Part shown: positions 10,401 through 20,201 of the stretch, piece by piece
Position numbering within the stretch: position 1 is the first letter of the stretch
How the letters are laid out: every line of letters starts with the position of its first letter
Assembly: GCA_039931675.1 (NCBI GenBank)
Contig: JBDTRM010000170.1
Location: forward strand, 2,374-66,373
Reading direction: 5' to 3'
From: Bacteroidia bacterium
GTDB lineage: Bacteria > Bacteroidota > Bacteroidia > AKYH767-A > OLB10
Length of the DNA: 64,000 nt
Translations under genes and position numbers: made by a program
Notes under the pieces: model-generated
The model's database searches: none
Told to the model about the DNA's origin: nothing
What the model saw: only the letters and a program-made list of their open reading frames with translations

Positions 10401-13400
10401 ATGGAATACAATCCCTATTCAAACAACTTTTTCAGCAACCGGCTTGACAGGTGGTACATATACTGCTACTGTTACCGATGCAAATAACTGCACAGCTACT
10501 GCAAGTGTTACAATTACACAACCCTCTACATCTGTGAGTTGTTCAATTACTAAAACAAATGTTGTATGTTTTGGTCAGTCTAACGGTTCAGCAACAGTTA
10601 ACCCAACAGGAGGCACACCACCTTATTCTTATTTATGGAATACCTCCCCGATAAAAACCACAAAAACAGTTTTAGGTTTATCAGCAGGAACATATACAGT
10701 AGTAGTTACTGATTCCAAAGGCTGTTCATCAAACTGTAGTATAACCATAACACAGCCGCCTCAACTGCTTGCCCTGGCCTCTGTTACTAACGTTACCTGT
10801 AACGGGGGAACTAACGGGGCAATTGATTTAACCGTTACCGGGGGAAATCCTCCATACTCATACAACTGGTCTAATGGAGCAACCACGCAGGATTTAACAG
10901 GATTATCAGCAGGCAGCTATCAAGTTACAATAACTGATAATAAAGGATGTATAGCAATTTTAAACTTTGTGATTATTCAACCATCTCATTTGAGTTGTTC
11001 AACAATAGCAACAAATGTAAGTTGTAATGGAGGAAGCAATGGTTCAGGTACGGTTACCGCAACAGGAGGACTTCCACCGTATTCATATATATGGTCAAAT
11101 GGAGGAATTAATGCTACGGAAACCGGGTTGCCGGCCGGAACCTATACAGTAACAGTTACCGATGCGAATGGATGCACTACTACTTGTTCTTTATCTGTAA
11201 CTCAACCTCCGGTTTTAAGTTGCAATGTTGTTTTAATTCAAAACGAAACTTGTAATGGACATAATGGCCAATTACAGGTTAATGCAACAGGAGGTACATC
11301 ACCCTATTCTTATTCATGGACAACATCACCTGTTCAAACTACAGCAGTTGCTACAGGTCTTTCACCCGGAACGTATTCAGTTTTAGTTACTGACAGCAAA
11401 GGTTGCAATACAATCTGTTCCGGCACTGTAGGCGGTACATTAACAGTAACATGCAATATCACCGGAACCAACGTAACGTGTAACGGAGGTAACAATGGAA
11501 CTGCAACAGTAAATCCTTCGGGAGGAACACCACCTTACACTTATTTGTGGAATACAGCAACCGCTGCAACCACCGCAAGTGTTTCAGGTTTAACAGCAGG
11601 AAATTATACTGCTACTGTTACAGATGCAAATGGATGCACCTCAAATTGTTCAATAATAATTACTCAACCTGCATTAATTACAATTTTAATCAGCGCCAAT
11701 AATGTTACCTGCAATGGCGGTAACAATGGAAATGCAACTGCTAATGCTTCCGGAGGTGTTCCTCCTTACGGCTACTTATGGTCAAACGGACAAACTACTC
11801 ATACGGCAACTGGATTAATAGCTGGAACCTATACAGTTACAGTTACTGATGCAAGCGGTTGTACTAAAACTGCCTCAACCACAATAACCCAGCCTTCAGC
11901 AATTAGCTGTTCTACAACATCAACCAATGTGTCGTGTTTTGGTGGAAATAACGGAACAGCAACTGTTACGACAAGCGGTGGAACAGGTGCATTGACTATA
12001 AATTGGAATACTATTCCGGCACAGACATCTTTAACGGCAACAGGATTAACAGCAGGAATTTATACTGTAACTATTACAGATATTAATGGATGTACTTCAA
12101 GTTGTACAGCCGAAATAACTCAACCGACTTCTTCAGTATCATGCACTACATCTCTAATTAATAATGCAACATGTTATGGGGGCAATAATGGATCGGCAAG
12201 CGTTTCTGCTTCAGGTGGTTCAGCTCCATATTCATATAACTGGAACACAATACCGGTTCAAACCACTTCGACAGCGACCGGACTTTCTGCAGGAACATAT
12301 ACTGTTACTGTTACTGACGCACTTGGCTGTACTTCAGCTTGCACAGTTGTTATCGGTCAGCCATCTCAACTTTCTTGCACTGTAAATCCTATTAATACTT
12401 CTTGCGGTTTGGATAATGGGCAGGTTACTGTGATTCCTAATGGAGGAACACCTTCATATTTATTCCTCTGGTCAAACGGTTCTACTGATCAGACCTTAAC
12501 TTCTCTCCCTGCGGGTACCTATACAGTAACAGTTACTGATGCTAATGGATGTACTTCTACGTGCGAAGGCTCGGTAAACAGTTCAAGTGAGGTTATATTT
12601 ACAACTATTCATACAAACCTTACCTGTAACGGGGTATGCAACGGAACAGCTAATGTGGATCAGATTCTCGGAGGAGTTCCTCCTTACAGTTACTTATGGT
12701 CTAACGGAAGTACCAACGCGTCTGCTACTTTACTTTGCGCGCAAACCTATACTGTAACAGTTAGTGATGTTACAGGATGTTCAGCCACAGCCACGGTTGT
12801 TATAACAGAACCAACGCCTATTGTATTAACTTTTACCAATGTTATTAATGTTGCATGTAATGGCGGCAATAATGGACAAGCTAAAGTGAATCCTACAGGT
12901 GGTACACCTGCTTACACCTACTTATGGAGTAACGGGCAAACAACCCAAACGGCAACCGGTTTAGTGGCAGGCACATATTCTGTTACTGTGACTGATTCAA
13001 AGGGTTGTACTGCTGTTGATTCGGTTCTTATCAACCAATCAGGAGGGTTAACTTATACCCAATCGCAAACTAATGTTTCTTGTAACGGTGGTAATAATGG
13101 AACTGCAACCGTGAACCCATCAGGTGGCACACCTCCATATTCTTATTTATGGAGTAATGGTCAAACCACTCAAACAGCCACCGGCTTATCAGCAGGACAT
13201 TATACAGTTGAAATCAGTGATGCTAATGGATGTAATATTATTGCCGACTTCGACATCACTCAACCTACTGCATTATCATGTGGAATCAGTCAATCTAACC
13301 CATCGTGTAACGGATCATCCGATGGTTTTGCTACTGTTGTTGCATCAGGTGGGACAACGCCTTATACTTTCTTATGGAGCAACGGACAAACAACTCAAAC

Positions 13401-16400
13401 CGCTACAGGTTTATCGGCAGGAACCTATACAGTAACTGTTACAGATGCTAACAGTTGCACTTCTTCCTGTTCAGTTACCTTAACAAACCCATCTGTTATT
13501 TCATGTTCGGTAAGTACAACACCGGTATCATGTTCAGGAGGTAATAATGGTACAGCAACAGTGACTCCAACAGGAGGCACACCTCCATACACTTATTTAT
13601 GGAGTAATGGGCAGACTACGCTAACTGCTACCGGTTTATCTTTAGGCACTTATAGTGTAACTGTAACAGATCAGTATGGCTGTTCGTCAAGTTGTTCAGG
13701 TTCAGTATCAGAAATACTTCCGATAACCATTTCGTTTATCAATGTTGTTAATTCAACATGTGGATTAAATAATGGATCAGCAGAAGCGGTTGCATCAGGC
13801 GGAACCCCTCCATATAACTATGTTTGGTCTAATGGCACTTTAGGTTCTACAATAATTAATGTTGGGGGTGGTACCTATACAGTAACTGTTACTGATGCTA
13901 ATGGATGCTCAGGAATTGATTCTTTAATTTTAACTGAAACCTCAGCTTTAAGTATCACACTTTCAGGAACTGACCCAAGTTGTTTTGGCGGTAGTGATGG
14001 AACTGTAACTGTTGTTGTAACAGGTGGAAGCGGAGTTTATACTTATCAATGGAATTCAGTTCCTGCACAGACAACATCAACTGCTACAGGATTAACTGCC
14101 GGCACCTATTGTGTGCTAGTAACTGACCAGGATGGCTGCACAGCTTATGATTCAGTTAAATTAGTAAATCCTCCGTTATTATTATGCAGCGTAACCCCAA
14201 CCGATGCTTCATGTAGTCTGAATAACGGTTCGGTAACTGTGACTCCTACAGGAGGAACATTGCCTTATTCTTATTTGTGGAGTGATGGATCAACTGATGC
14301 AACAATTACAGGTCTTGGTGCCGGAACCTATACGGTTACTGTTACAGATGGTCATAATTGTACCACATCGTGTTCAGCAACTGTAAATGCAACCAATTCA
14401 CCAAGCTGCCTTATTACCGGTAATAGTACTATTTGTTCCGGAGGTTCAACACAATGGTGTGCACCTGCAGGATTGGCATCGTACTTATGGAGTACAGGTG
14501 CAACAACACAATGTATTGCTGTAAGCGCAACAGGAACTTATACTGTAACAGTTACAAATGCCAGTGGATGCACGAGCAGTTGTAATAAGACTTTAACAAC
14601 AGGTACACTGCCAAGCTGTTTAATAACTGGCGCAGGTTCTATCTGCACTGGTAGTTCAACACAATGGTGTGCTCCTGCAGGTCTTGCATCTTACCTATGG
14701 AGTACCGGTGCAACTACGCAATGTATCACAGTTAGTGCTTCAGGTACTTATACTGTAACTACTACCAATACAAGTAGTTGTACAAAGAGCTGCAGCAAAA
14801 CACTTACATTAAAAGCGCTTCCAAATTGTACTATTACTGCGACAGGTTCATTGTGTGCAACAGGTTCTTCTCAATTGTGTGCCAATGCCGGAATGGCATC
14901 TTACTTATGGAGCACCGGAGTAACCACACAATGTATTACAGTAACTATAGGTGGAACCTATACCGTAACAGTTACTAATGCTAACGGATGTACTTCATCT
15001 TGTTCTAAGATTGTAACAGGAGGTTCGCCAATTACTGCTGTTGTAATAACCAAAACTAATGTTAGTTGTAACGGAGGTTCAAATGGAAATGCTTGTGTAA
15101 CAAGTATCACGGGTGGAACGTCTCCTTATGCTTATTTGTGGAGTAATGGTATAACAAATTCCTGCATTATTAACTTAAGTGTGGGGACTTATACGGTTAC
15201 TGTAACTGATGCAAATGGGTGCACAAAAACAAAAGTAACAACTATTACACAACCTGCTTTTCTTTCGTGTAGCATTGCGATCACTAAAAACCCAACATGT
15301 GGCATTTGTGATGGTAAAGCGAGAGTTACAGCAACCGGTGGAACTCCGGCTTACCATTATTCATGGAATACAGTTCCTGTTCAAACCACCAGGATTGCTA
15401 CAGGCTTATGCGCTGCCACATATATTGTTATTGTTACTGATGCAAAAGGCTGCACAACAGCTTGTAGTGTTACTTTAACCACAGCTACAGCACCAAGTTG
15501 TTTAATCACTGGTAATGGTTCTATCTGTTCAGGTAGTTCAACGCAATGGTGTTCTCCTGCAGGAGCCTCATTTTATCTATGGAGTACAGGTGCAACTACT
15601 CAATGTATAACAGTAAGTATTGCAGGCACTTATACAGTAACCACAACTAATTCAAGTGGCTGTAGCAGTAATTGTAATAAGATACTTATAGTAAATGCAC
15701 CACCAAGTTGTACAATAACAGGCAGCAGTTCGGTTTGCCTTGGTTCGACTCAATGGTGCGCACCCGCAGGATTGGCAGGATACTTATGGAGCACAGGAGC
15801 AACTACCCAATGTATTACCGTAAGTACATCAGGAACATATACCGTAACTGTCACCGATGCTAATGGTTGTACCAGTAGCTGTAGCAAAATTTTCACCGCT
15901 GGGGTTCCGCCAAGTTGTCTTATAACCGGAAACGGTTCAGTTTGTTCCGGCAGTTCTGCACAATGGTGCGCTCCGACAGGATTAGCTGCTTACTTGTGGA
16001 GCACAGGAGCAACAACACAATGCATCACAGTTAGCACAGCGGCAACCTATACAGTAACTGTTACAGATGTAAACGGGTGTACAAGTAGTTGCAACAAAAT
16101 ACTTGTAGTTAATCCTCTTCCGGGTTGTTTAATTACCGGCAACGGTTCTGTATGTTCAGGCAGTGCAACGCAATGGTGTGCACCGGCAGGATTAGCTACT
16201 TACTCGTGGAGCACAGGGGCAACAACTCAATGCGTTATAGTAAGCACAGCAGGAACTTATACGGTAACTGTAACAGATGCAAACGGATGTAGCAGCAGTT
16301 GCAGTAAAACACTTACAGTTAATCCTTTGCCTACTTGTTTAATTACAGGTAATGGTTCAATCTGTTCGGGCAGCTTAACACAATGGTGCGCTCCTGCAGG

Positions 16401-19400
16401 ATTGGCTTCTTACTTATGGAGCAGCGGAGCAACTACGCAATGTATCACAGTAAGCACAGCAGGAACTTATACAGTAACTGTAACTGATGCCAACGGATGT
16501 ACAAGCAGTTGTAATAAGATTCTTATAGTTAATCCTCTGCCGGGCTGTTTAATCACAGGTAATGGCTCTGTATGTTCAGGAACCTCAACACAATGGTGTG
16601 CACCTGCGGGATTGACATCATACTTATGGAGTACAGGTGCAACCACTCAATGTATCACAGTAAGTGTAAACGGAACCTATACCGTAACTGTTACTGATGC
16701 AAACGGATGCAGCAGCAACTGTTCTAAATCTTTAGTTACAGGAGCTCCGCCAAGTTGTTTAATTACAGGCAACAGTTCTGTTTGTTCAGGCAGTGGAACG
16801 CAATGGTGCGCTCCTGCAGGATTAACATCATATTCATGGAGCACCGGGGCAACAACACAATGTGTAATAGTTAGTGTTGCCTCTACATATACAGTAACTG
16901 TAACAGATGCAAACGGATGTTCAAGCAGTTGTAGCAAAATACTTACAGTTAATCCTTTGCCTACTTGTTTAATTACGGGTAATGGTTCAATCTGTTCGGG
17001 CAGCTCAACACAATGGTGCGCTCCTGCCGGATTAGCCTCTTACTTATGGAACAGCGGAGCAACTACACAATGTATCACAGTAAGCGCAGCAGGAACTTAT
17101 ATAGTAACTGTAACTGATGCCAACGGATGTACAAGCAGTTGTAATAAGATTCTTATAGTTAATCCTCTGCCGGGCTGTTTAATCACAGGTAATGGCTCTG
17201 TATGTTCAGGAACCTCAACACAATGGTGTGCACCTGCGGGATTGACATCATACTTATGGAGTACAGGTGCAACCACTCAATGTATCACAGTAAGTGTAAA
17301 CGGAACCTATACCGTAACTGTTACTGATGCAAACGGATGCAGCAGCAACTGTTCTAAATCTTTAGTTACAGGAGCTCCGCCAAGTTGTTTAATTACAGGC
17401 AACAGTTCTGTTTGTTCAGGCAGTGGAACGCAATGGTGCGCTCCTGCAGGATTAACATCATATTCATGGAGCACCGGGGCAACAACACAATGTGTAATAG
17501 TTAGTGTTGCTTCTACATATACTGTAACTGTAACTGATGCAAACGGATGCAGCAGCAGTTGCATCAAAACGCTTACAGTTAATCCTTTGCCTACTTGTTT
17601 AATTACGGGTAATAGTTCAATCTGTTCGGGCAGCTCAACACAATGGTGCGCTCCTGCCGGGTTAGCCTCTTACTTATGGAACAGTGGAGCAACTACACAA
17701 TGTATCACAGTAAGCACAGCAGGAACTTATACAGTAACTGTAACTGATGCAAACGGATGTACAAGCAGTTGTAATAAAATTCTTACAGTTAATCCATTAC
17801 CAGGTTGTTTAATTTCAGGGAATGGTTCAATTTGTTCAGGCAGTTCAGCACAATGGTGCGCCCCTATAGGATTGAGTTCATACTTATGGAGCACAGGTGC
17901 AACTACACAGTGTATCATAGTAAGCTCAGCAGGAACATATACAGTTACTGTTACTGATGCTAACGGTTGCAGCAGTTCATGCAATAAAGTTCTTACAGTT
18001 AATCCATTGCCAAGCTGTTTAATCACAGGTAATAGTTCTATTTGTTCGGGTAGTTCCACACAATGGTGTGCTCCTGCCGGATTAGCTTCTTACTTATGGA
18101 GTACAGGTGCAACAACGCAATGTATTACCGTAATCACAGCAGGTACTTATACTGTTACTGTTACAGATGCAAACGGATGTTCGAGCAGTTGCAATAAAGT
18201 TCTTACAGTAAATCCATTGCCAAGCTGTTTAATCACAGGTAATAGTTCAATCTGTTCAGGTAGTTCAACACAATGGTGCGCTCCTGCGGGATTAGCATCA
18301 TATTCATGGAGCACAGGAGCAACAACACAATGTATCACAGTAAGCACAGCAGGAACTTATACAGTAACTGTAACAAATGCAAACGGATGCTCGAGCAGTT
18401 GCATCAAGACTCTCACAGTTAATCCATTGCCAAGTTGTTTAATTACAGGTAATGGTTCAATCTGTTCAGGCAGTTCAACACAATGGTGCGCTCCTGCAGG
18501 ATTGACTTCATACTCATGGAGTACAGGAGCAACCACACAATGTATCACAGTAAGCACAGCAGGAACATATACTGTTACTGTTACTGATGCTAACGGATGT
18601 TCAAGCAGTTGTAATAAAACACTTACTATTAATACACCTCCAAGCTGTTTGATAACTGGCAGCGGTTCTATATGTTCAGGCTCAACACAATGGTGTGCTC
18701 CGGCAGGATTAGCTTCTTACTTATGGAGCACAGGAGCAACAACTCAGTGCATCAGCGTAAGCGCAGCAGGAACCTATACAGTAACTGTGACTGACGCCAA
18801 TGGTTGCACCAGCAGTTGTACTAAAGCCTTAACAACCGGTACACCGCCAAGTTGCCTGATAACCGGCAACAGCAGTGTTTGTTCCGGTGGGTCAACACAA
18901 TGGTGTGCTCCTGCAGGTCTTGCATCTTATTTATGGAGCACCGGTGCAACAACACAATGTATCACCGTAAGCACAGCAGGAACCTATACAGTAACAGTTA
19001 CTAACTCAGGAGGTTGTAGCAGCAGTTGCACCAAAGCTCTTACGGTTAATGCTTTACCGGCTTGCTCTATTTCAGGAAAGAGTGTTATTTGTTCGGGCGA
19101 ATCAACCCAGGAATGTGCTCCGGCAGGATTGTCGTCTTACCTTTGGAGTACTGGTTCTACAACACAATGTATTACAATAAGTGCGGCAGGTACATATACA
19201 GTTACTGTTACCAATGCAAGCGGATGTACAAGCAGTTGCACCAAGGTTGTTACCTCAAGCGCAGCACCTGCTTGTAGTTTCACCTGGACAGGCACAACTT
19301 GCCCTTGCGCTTTGTTTTGTGCCACTCCGGGTATGAGCGGCTATCTATGGAATACAGGTGCTACTACTCAATGTATCGAGATTTGTACAACTACTGATAT

Positions 19401-19983
19401 AACAGTAACTGTAACTAACAGTGGCGGTTGTACAAGTTCTTGTTCTCTAAAGATAATTGCTCAACCATTGCCAACTTGTTTAATCACAGGAAACAGTACG
19501 GTTTGTAGTGGCTGTTCAACACCATGGTGTGCGCCTTCAGGCATGTCTGCCTATTTATGGAATACAGGTGCAACAACTCAATGTATTAATGTGAGTACTC
19601 CGGGAAGTTATACAGTAACCATAACAAATAGCAATGGTTGTAGCAGCAGTTGTAGTAAAGCTTTGAGTATAGCCCGAATGGCTAACTTTTATGGTACAGG
19701 ACAGAATAATGGTGCAGGTATTGAATCAACTGCTTATCCTAATCCTTTCAATTCAATAACAACAATTGAGTTTATGCGCTCAGACAAGGCTGCTCATGCA
19801 ACAATAGAAATCTATACTCTTTCGGGAACTAAGGTGACTACAGTATTTGATGGCGATATTGAAGCCCAAGTAAAATACCAGGCCAGTTTTAATGCGAAAG
19901 ACCTCGCTGATGGTATTTACATGTACAGGCTCATAACCGGTGATTATGTTATTAATGAAAAATTGATTCTTATCAGACAATAG
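7435..19983 (+). CDS. giant (4182 aa) T9SS-secreted repeat adhesin: signal peptide, Ig-like units, about 29 SprB-type repeats, about 23 Cys-rich 70-aa units, type-A T9SS CTD
   Basis: Uninterrupted 12.5-kb ORF. The signal peptide is 'MRKLYTFLIVFTILIPQTAIKA'. 'C(N/F)G..(N/D)G...........GG..PY.Y.W......(T/Q).....GL.AG.Y.V.(V/I)TD..GC' repeats are the SprB-repeat pattern. The C-terminus 'YPNPFNSITTIEF...GIYMYRL' is a Por/T9SS sorting domain. Confidence 0.9.
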   Translation: MRKLYTFLIVFTILIPQTAIKAEVVSSLKADFTTNSGINQKETAVSQSLKMAPPIGITGSLSFCTGSSTVLDAGPGYISYLWNNGSSNQTLTVSVGGTYTVTVTDTNSIVTVDSVTVTENPNPTPTISGNLSFCTGSSTILDAGSGYSSYLWDNSSTNQTLTVNTASPYTVTVTDGNGCSGSTSVTVIENLLSTTNLAADGPLVFCDGGTVNISADAGYSAYNWSTGQSTQSVDINTSGTYTVTVTDANSCTTSTSVTVTVNPNPIINIVSQTNVDCNGNATGIFEVSASGGTGPYKYSLDGGPYQSSGIFGVLAVGNYLVSVIDSATDCSSSIIINVTEPDAITAISSQVDLLCYDRPTGSIDITVFGGTLPYTYDWSNGSTDEDISLLVAGFYTVTITDANGCIYSNVYEIIQPTQITIGTQQTNVSCSYGADGTAFVDVDGGTPGYTYLWDDGQTDQFAFGLDGGLHTVTITDANGCDTLMTFLISVPPQLNSSSVATDVSCYGACDGSITLNIYGGTPYSVGALYDVVWNTIPVQTGPTATGLCAGTYTAIITDSAGCVKYHVETIDEPTQLVVSITPDPANCNGASNGEATANVIGGTPLYFYIWSDGQLTQTATGLPAGTYTVTVTDYNGCSATKSVIIGQPTSINVSGVITNVKCNGAITGKVILTITGGSGGYTYFWNTLPVITTKNLNNVAAGTYTVIVTDNSGCTVSATFTITEPFPIACNGTVNDVSCNSTNNGSIIISPTGGTSPFTIIWSNGNTTTSNTGLLIGTYTVTITDINNCTTSCTFTVVQSPGMTINGSVQNVTCFGASNGHITAQPTGGISPYIYLWSNGGTNQTITGLSGGTYTVTVTDSVGCTNTASFTVLEPAELSCICNANVHNVSCFGGSDGSITAQPIGGTPPYSYVWSNGAFTQTISGLIAGTYTVTITDASGCQKIGVVQVNQPTQLFATISCVNNATCFGNNNGSACVTGFGGTPPYTYSWNTIPIQTTFSATGLTGGTYTATVTDANNCTATASVTITQPSTSVSCSITKTNVVCFGQSNGSATVNPTGGTPPYSYLWNTSPIKTTKTVLGLSAGTYTVVVTDSKGCSSNCSITITQPPQLLALASVTNVTCNGGTNGAIDLTVTGGNPPYSYNWSNGATTQDLTGLSAGSYQVTITDNKGCIAILNFVIIQPSHLSCSTIATNVSCNGGSNGSGTVTATGGLPPYSYIWSNGGINATETGLPAGTYTVTVTDANGCTTTCSLSVTQPPVLSCNVVLIQNETCNGHNGQLQVNATGGTSPYSYSWTTSPVQTTAVATGLSPGTYSVLVTDSKGCNTICSGTVGGTLTVTCNITGTNVTCNGGNNGTATVNPSGGTPPYTYLWNTATAATTASVSGLTAGNYTATVTDANGCTSNCSIIITQPALITILISANNVTCNGGNNGNATANASGGVPPYGYLWSNGQTTHTATGLIAGTYTVTVTDASGCTKTASTTITQPSAISCSTTSTNVSCFGGNNGTATVTTSGGTGALTINWNTIPAQTSLTATGLTAGIYTVTITDINGCTSSCTAEITQPTSSVSCTTSLINNATCYGGNNGSASVSASGGSAPYSYNWNTIPVQTTSTATGLSAGTYTVTVTDALGCTSACTVVIGQPSQLSCTVNPINTSCGLDNGQVTVIPNGGTPSYLFLWSNGSTDQTLTSLPAGTYTVTVTDANGCTSTCEGSVNSSSEVIFTTIHTNLTCNGVCNGTANVDQILGGVPPYSYLWSNGSTNASATLLCAQTYTVTVSDVTGCSATATVVITEPTPIVLTFTNVINVACNGGNNGQAKVNPTGGTPAYTYLWSNGQTTQTATGLVAGTYSVTVTDSKGCTAVDSVLINQSGGLTYTQSQTNVSCNGGNNGTATVNPSGGTPPYSYLWSNGQTTQTATGLSAGHYTVEISDANGCNIIADFDITQPTALSCGISQSNPSCNGSSDGFATVVASGGTTPYTFLWSNGQTTQTATGLSAGTYTVTVTDANSCTSSCSVTLTNPSVISCSVSTTPVSCSGGNNGTATVTPTGGTPPYTYLWSNGQTTLTATGLSLGTYSVTVTDQYGCSSSCSGSVSEILPITISFINVVNSTCGLNNGSAEAVASGGTPPYNYVWSNGTLGSTIINVGGGTYTVTVTDANGCSGIDSLILTETSALSITLSGTDPSCFGGSDGTVTVVVTGGSGVYTYQWNSVPAQTTSTATGLTAGTYCVLVTDQDGCTAYDSVKLVNPPLLLCSVTPTDASCSLNNGSVTVTPTGGTLPYSYLWSDGSTDATITGLGAGTYTVTVTDGHNCTTSCSATVNATNSPSCLITGNSTICSGGSTQWCAPAGLASYLWSTGATTQCIAVSATGTYTVTVTNASGCTSSCNKTLTTGTLPSCLITGAGSICTGSSTQWCAPAGLASYLWSTGATTQCITVSASGTYTVTTTNTSSCTKSCSKTLTLKALPNCTITATGSLCATGSSQLCANAGMASYLWSTGVTTQCITVTIGGTYTVTVTNANGCTSSCSKIVTGGSPITAVVITKTNVSCNGGSNGNACVTSITGGTSPYAYLWSNGITNSCIINLSVGTYTVTVTDANGCTKTKVTTITQPAFLSCSIAITKNPTCGICDGKARVTATGGTPAYHYSWNTVPVQTTRIATGLCAATYIVIVTDAKGCTTACSVTLTTATAPSCLITGNGSICSGSSTQWCSPAGASFYLWSTGATTQCITVSIAGTYTVTTTNSSGCSSNCNKILIVNAPPSCTITGSSSVCLGSTQWCAPAGLAGYLWSTGATTQCITVSTSGTYTVTVTDANGCTSSCSKIFTAGVPPSCLITGNGSVCSGSSAQWCAPTGLAAYLWSTGATTQCITVSTAATYTVTVTDVNGCTSSCNKILVVNPLPGCLITGNGSVCSGSATQWCAPAGLATYSWSTGATTQCVIVSTAGTYTVTVTDANGCSSSCSKTLTVNPLPTCLITGNGSICSGSLTQWCAPAGLASYLWSSGATTQCITVSTAGTYTVTVTDANGCTSSCNKILIVNPLPGCLITGNGSVCSGTSTQWCAPAGLTSYLWSTGATTQCITVSVNGTYTVTVTDANGCSSNCSKSLVTGAPPSCLITGNSSVCSGSGTQWCAPAGLTSYSWSTGATTQCVIVSVASTYTVTVTDANGCSSSCSKILTVNPLPTCLITGNGSICSGSSTQWCAPAGLASYLWNSGATTQCITVSAAGTYIVTVTDANGCTSSCNKILIVNPLPGCLITGNGSVCSGTSTQWCAPAGLTSYLWSTGATTQCITVSVNGTYTVTVTDANGCSSNCSKSLVTGAPPSCLITGNSSVCSGSGTQWCAPAGLTSYSWSTGATTQCVIVSVASTYTVTVTDANGCSSSCIKTLTVNPLPTCLITGNSSICSGSSTQWCAPAGLASYLWNSGATTQCITVSTAGTYTVTVTDANGCTSSCNKILTVNPLPGCLISGNGSICSGSSAQWCAPIGLSSYLWSTGATTQCIIVSSAGTYTVTVTDANGCSSSCNKVLTVNPLPSCLITGNSSICSGSSTQWCAPAGLASYLWSTGATTQCITVITAGTYTVTVTDANGCSSSCNKVLTVNPLPSCLITGNSSICSGSSTQWCAPAGLASYSWSTGATTQCITVSTAGTYTVTVTNANGCSSSCIKTLTVNPLPSCLITGNGSICSGSSTQWCAPAGLTSYSWSTGATTQCITVSTAGTYTVTVTDANGCSSSCNKTLTINTPPSCLITGSGSICSGSTQWCAPAGLASYLWSTGATTQCISVSAAGTYTVTVTDANGCTSSCTKALTTGTPPSCLITGNSSVCSGGSTQWCAPAGLASYLWSTGATTQCITVSTAGTYTVTVTNSGGCSSSCTKALTVNALPACSISGKSVICSGESTQECAPAGLSSYLWSTGSTTQCITISAAGTYTVTVTNASGCTSSCTKVVTSSAAPACSFTWTGTTCPCALFCATPGMSGYLWNTGATTQCIEICTTTDITVTVTNSGGCTSSCSLKIIAQPLPTCLITGNSTVCSGCSTPWCAPSGMSAYLWNTGATTQCINVSTPGSYTVTITNSNGCSSSCSKALSIARMANFYGTGQNNGAGIESTAYPNPFNSITTIEFMRSDKAAHATIEIYTLSGTKVTTVFDGDIEAQVKYQASFNAKDLADGIYMYRLITGDYVINEKLILIRQ
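8230..14385 (+). repeat. coding tandem array of SprB-type repeats (27 by my count; two more at about 15040-15480)
   Basis: Counted from recurrences of 'GG(T/S)xPYxYxW' in the translation. The units are ~75-80 aa each and diverged at the DNA level. Confidence 0.8.
14395..19670 (+). repeat. coding tandem array of ~210-bp (70-aa) Cys-rich units 'PSCLITGN(G/S)S(I/V)CSGSSTQWCAPAGLASYLWSTGATTQCITVS.AGTYTVTVTDANGC(S/T)SSC.K.L'
   Basis: About 23 units, counted from the 'WCAPAGL..Y.WS.G' motif. The array is interrupted at about 15040-15480 by two SprB repeats. Confidence 0.85.
16315..17800 (+). repeat. higher-order 630-bp (three-unit) tandem duplication, about 2.3 copies, inside the adhesin gene
   Basis: Direct comparison shows 16501-16880 is base-for-base identical to 17131-17510. 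The flanks differ by only a few substitutions per 60 nt. Confidence 0.9.
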
Positions 19984-20004
19984 CGATAAACAGCGTTTAT
20001 TATA

Positions 20005-20042
20005 AGAATGCCTCCGTTATTTCGGAGGCATTCTCTTTATTT
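20005..20042 (+). terminator. rho-independent terminator after the adhesin gene
   Basis: 12-bp stem AGAATGCCTCCG/CGGAGGCATTCT followed by a T-rich tail. Confidence 0.75.
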
Positions 20043-20201
20043 GCAGGTATATTTTTCACGGCAAAAGCTTATTTCACACTTTGAAATATGCAGTATTGTC
20101 AAATACTTATTTCCTGAATAAAAAAAAATATTACTTTTACTCTTATTGCGAATTAAACCTTTAGCCAATCAATTACAACATTGATAAAATTCGTACGTAA
20201 A

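Noticed and set aside
16677-18557. Several 66-110-aa ORFs on the minus strand (16677-16937, 17307-17567, 17727-18059, 18147-18347, 18357-18557) with near-identical 'HPFASVTVTVYV...' products.
   Set aside because: They are antisense shadows of the repeated adhesin coding sequence. Their similarity only reflects the sense-strand repeats, and they have no independent start or regulatory context.
14395-19670. Highly regular ~210-bp tandem repeats that at first glance could suggest a CRISPR-like or satellite array.
   Set aside because: The units are contiguous with no unique spacers. They stay in one open reading frame for 12.5 kb and translate into a coherent Cys-rich protein module, so they are coding repeats of the adhesin gene.
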